64,000 bases of DNA from assembly GCA_002269645.1 (NCBI GenBank), contig NIVC01002069.1:1-64000 (forward strand), read 5' to 3'. The notes under the pieces are model-generated. The model was not told where the DNA came from. It worked only from the letters and a program-made list of their open reading frames with translations, and did not search any database. Shown here piece by piece: positions 60,121 through 64,000 of the stretch. Every line of letters starts with the position of its first letter. The first letter of the stretch is position 1. The DNA comes from Macrostomum lignano. Its lineage: Eukaryota. Both the position numbers and the translations under genes were made by a program.

Positions 60121-60946
60121 GCTTAACTATGAGTACTAAATACTAAAATCAAATAATTCATAAATTGTCAGATCGGCTTCGTCTACAGCGAAGACAACGA
60201 GGACATGTTCTACTCGCCATCGGAGAAATCTCCGACGCAATTCTAGCAGCTATTGAAGAGATTCAGCAGGGCAAAACCGCCGCCCCGAAGGTGTCAAGTC
60301 AGCAGCAGAAGCTCGGCGTAGAGACCAGCACCTGGAGTCCGGAAGAGAAGAGAGAATTTCTCGAGAATCAACTGAAAACCTTCCTGCCGCAGAAGATGGA
60401 AGCCAAACAGATCGAAGAAGAGAAGAAACGAGTTCTCAATCAGCTGATTCGGGACGAGAGCTTTCTGCGAGCCTGCAAGCCGTTCACAGACCTGCCACCG
60501 ACTGTCAAGGAGTTCATCAACATCTGCTACCAGCTGGGTAGGGACGATGTGCCCAAGTACGAGCGGCTGTACGACCTCACCAGGCACTGGGGCGGCCGCA
60601 GGCAGGAGCTGGACAAAGGTCGAATCCTGACTGAGGTGTCCGACTGGTGAGTTGTTCGTGCATTCGAGGACACAGCCTTGGTTGAATCATCAGGTTTGTG
60701 ATGGCTGTGGGCAGCCTTCGTACCGCAATGCATTCGGCGACATCGCCGGGCAGATAACGTTCACATCGCCAATACTGTACGCAGATACACACTCATACAC
60801 TGTAATCACACAGGGTGTACAGCGGGCCCTGACTTTCTAATCGTCAGGCATTGTGCACAATACTCTATTTCAGCAAAGACGGCAACAAAGATTATACTGA
60901 CACACATCTGGCGTCCGTGACTCAGCGTAAGTTTATGTGCAGGTCT

Positions 60947-63640
60947 AGATCCCAGATCGTAGATCCCAGATCGTAGATCCCAGATCGTAGATCCCAGATC
61001 GTAGATCCCAGATCGTAGATCCCAGATCGTAGATCCCAGATCGTAGATCCCAGATCGTAGATCCCAGATCGTAGATCCCAGATCGTAGATCCCAGATCGT
61101 AGATCCCAGATCGTAGATCTCAGATCGTAGATCCCAGATCGTAGATCCCAGATCGTAGATCTCAGATCGTAGATCCCAGATCGTAGATCCCAGATCGTAG
61201 ATCCCAGATCGTAGATCCCAGATCGTAGATCCCAGATCGTAGATCCCAGATCGTAGATCCCAGATCGTAGATCCCAGATCGTAGATCCCAGATCGTAGAT
61301 CCCAGATCGTAGATCCCAGATCGTAGATCCCAGATCGTAGATCCCAGATCGTAGATCCCAGATCGTAGATCCCAGATCGTAGATCCCAGATCGTAGATCC
61401 CAGATCGTAGATCCCAGATCGTAGATCCCAGATCGTAGATCCCAGATCGTAGATCCCAGATCGTAGATCCCAGATCGTAGATCCCAGATCGTAGATCCCA
61501 GATCGTAGATCCCAGATCGTAGATCCCAGATCGTAGATCCCAGATCGTAGATCCCAGATCGTAGATCCCAGATCGTAGATCCCAGATCGTAGATCCCAGA
61601 TCGTAGATCCCAGATCGTAGATCCCAGATCGTAGATCCCAGATCGTAGATCCCAGATCGTAGATCCCAGATCGTAGATCCCAGATCGTAGATCCCAGATC
61701 GTAGATCCCAGATCGTAGATCCCAGATCGTAGATCCCAGATCGTAGATCCCAGATCGTAGATCCCAGATCGTAGATCCCAGATCGTAGATCCCAGATCGT
61801 AGATCCCAGATCGTAGATCCCAGATCGTAGATCCCAGATCGTAGATCCCAGATCGTAGATCCCAGATCGTAGATCCCAGATCGTAGATCCCAGATCGTAG
61901 ATCCCAGATCGTAGATCCCAGATCGTAGATCCCAGATCGTAGATCCCAGATCGTAGATCCCAGATCGTAGATCCCAGATCGTAGATCCCAGATCGTAGAT
62001 CCCAGATCGTAGATCCCAGATCGTAGATCCCAGATCGTAGATCCCAGATCGTAGATCCCAGATCGTAGATCCCAGATCGTAGATCCCAGATCGTAGATCC
62101 CAGATCGTAGATCCCAGATCGTAGATCCCAGATCGTAGATCCCAGATCGTAGATCCCAGATCGTAGATCCCAGATCGTAGATCCCAGATCGTAGATCCCA
62201 GATCGTAGATCCCAGATCGTAGATCCCAGATCGTAGATCCCAGATCGTAGATCCCAGATCGTAGATCCCAGATCGTAGATCCCAGATCGTAGATCCCAGA
62301 TCGTAGATCCCAGATCGTAGATCCCAGATCGTAGATCCCAGATCGTAGATCCCAGATCGTAGATCCCAGATCGTAGATCCCAGATCGTAGATCCCAGATC
62401 GTAGATCCCAGATCGTAGATCCCAGATCGTAGATCCCAGATCGTAGATCCCAGATCGTAGATCCCAGATCGTAGATCCCAGATCGTAGATCCCAGATCGT
62501 AGATCCCAGATCGTAGATCCCAGATCGTAGATCCCAGATCGTAGATCCCAGATCGTAGATCCCAGATCGTAGATCCCAGATCGTAGATCCCAGATCGTAG
62601 ATCCCAGATCGTAGATCCCAGATCGTAGATCCCAGATCGTAGATCCCAGATCGTAGATCCCAGATCGTAGATCCCAGATCGTAGATCCCAGATCGTAGAT
62701 CCCAGATCGTAGATCCCAGATCGTAGATCCCAGATCGTAGATCCCAGATCGTAGATCCCAGATCGTAGATCCCAGATCGTAGATCCCAGATCGTAGATCC
62801 CAGATCGTAGATCCCAGATCGTAGATCCCAGATCGTAGATCCCAGATCGTAGATCCCAGATCGTAGATCCCAGATCGTAGATCCCAGATCGTAGATCCCA
62901 GATCGTAGATCCCAGATCGTAGATCCCAGATCGTAGATCCCAGATCGTAGATCCCAGATCGTAGATCCCAGATCGTAGATCCCAGATCGTAGATCCCAGA
63001 TCGTAGATCCCAGATCGTAGATCCCAGATCGTAGATCCCAGATCCTTGATCCCAGATCCTTGATCCCAGATCCTTGATCCCAGATCCTTGATCCCAGATC
63101 CTTGATCCCAGATCCTTGATCCCAGATCCTTGATCCCAGATCCTTGATCCCAGATCCTTGATCCCAGATCCTTGATCCCAGATCCTTGATCCCAGATCCT
63201 TGATCCCAGATCCTTGATCCCAGATCCTTGATCCCAGATCCTTGATCCCAGATCCTTGATCCCAGATCCTTGATCCCAGATCCTTGATCCCAGATCCTTG
63301 ATCCCAGATCCTTGATCCCAGATCCTTGATCCCAGATCCTTGATCCCAGATCCTTGATCCCAGATCCTTGATCCCAGATCCTTGATCCCAGATCCTTGAT
63401 CCCAGATCCTTGATCCCAGATCCTTGATCCCAGATCCTTGATCCCAGATCCTTGATCCCAGATCCTTGATCCCAGATCCTTGATCCCAGATCCTTGATCC
63501 CAGATCCTTGATCCCAGATCCTTGATCCCAGATCCTTGATCCCAGATCCTTGATCCCAGATCCTTGATCCCAGATCCTTGATCCCAGATCCTTGATCCCA
63601 TGATCCTTGATCCCAGATCCTTGATCCCAGATCCTGTGAT
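60947..63640. repeat. 14-bp GATC-rich satellite in two homogeneous blocks
   Basis: About 150 copies of gatcccagatcgta, then about 42 copies of gatcccagatcctt from ~63041. Confidence 0.98.
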
Positions 63641-64000
63641 TCGGGGCCCCATCCTCAGAGGGGCAGGGCCAGGATTATGACAACAGCTGTGTTCGGGGCC
63701 AAGACCTGTCTGTGTTAGTGGAAGAGTACATGGAGAAGTTGGTAGAAATCAACTACCGGCCGGTATCCAATCCTGAGGCTAGGCCCATCAACTCTCGTTT
63801 GGAGGCTTCGTGGATTTAATTATTGTTAAAAATATGATGTGCAAACGTAAAGAAGTGATTGATAGCTATAAAATTGTTGCTAAAATTAGCAAAAAGGAAT
63901 CTTTATTTGATTTGTAGTCTTTGAGATAGAATAAACTACAGTACCATATGACTACTGTAGAAAATATTTACCGTTTCTTGTGAATTTTCAGACTCGAGTC

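Larger units (their letters stand above)
55562..60757 (+). pseudogene. CK1/TTBK-like pseudokinase with long C-terminal extension and an in-frame TAG (pseudogene, readthrough or base error)
   Basis: Exons 55562-55769, 56199-56374, 56923-57082, 57174-57345, 57545-57870, 58418-58744, 59255-59646, 60189-60646, 60694-60757, about 760 codons. CK1-like motifs LVTTLVGPSL*QIF, FHDKGFIHCNISLESF, LFLVNYS, SRADDLISISYLIIYLWKGYLPW. TAG at 56986-56988. The last exon is uncertain. Confidence 0.7.

Noticed and set aside
4484-63640. Bias of minisatellite periods toward multiples of 3
   Set aside because: About as many arrays have periods of 14, 22, 23, 25, 32, 34, 44 or 61 bp; no evident bias.
60806-63652. 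948-aa minus-strand ORF
   Set aside because: Translation of a 14-bp satellite whose minus strand lacks stop codons in all frames.

Overview
Intron-rich, repeat-dense animal genomic DNA. TTAGGG telomeric motifs, a different minisatellite in most large introns and GC-rich Q/S/A-rich exons suggest a free-living flatworm such as Macrostomum; this is inference only. Four spliced genes were reconstructed by hand with matching GT-AG boundaries and intron phases: CFAP20 (+, 1459-3480); a SynGAP/DAB2IP/RASAL2-family RasGAP (-, 7528 to at least 43486); a Flower/CACFD1 homolog (+, ~50271-52790); and a CK1/TTBK-like pseudokinase with an in-frame TAG (+, 55562 to ~60757). The rest is minisatellites, three tRNA-derived SINE-like families, MITE-like elements, LINE and Penelope remnants, and interstitial telomeric sequence. 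Three structures stand out: (1) a head-to-tail array of non-autonomous Helitron-like units, each carrying an internal telomeric tract, in a 13-kb intron; (2) a conserved phase-0/0 exon enclosed by inverted minisatellite arms whose outer ends are perfect inverted repeats; (3) a Penelope-type hammerhead ribozyme core. Most long ORFs in the supplied track are tandem-repeat artefacts.
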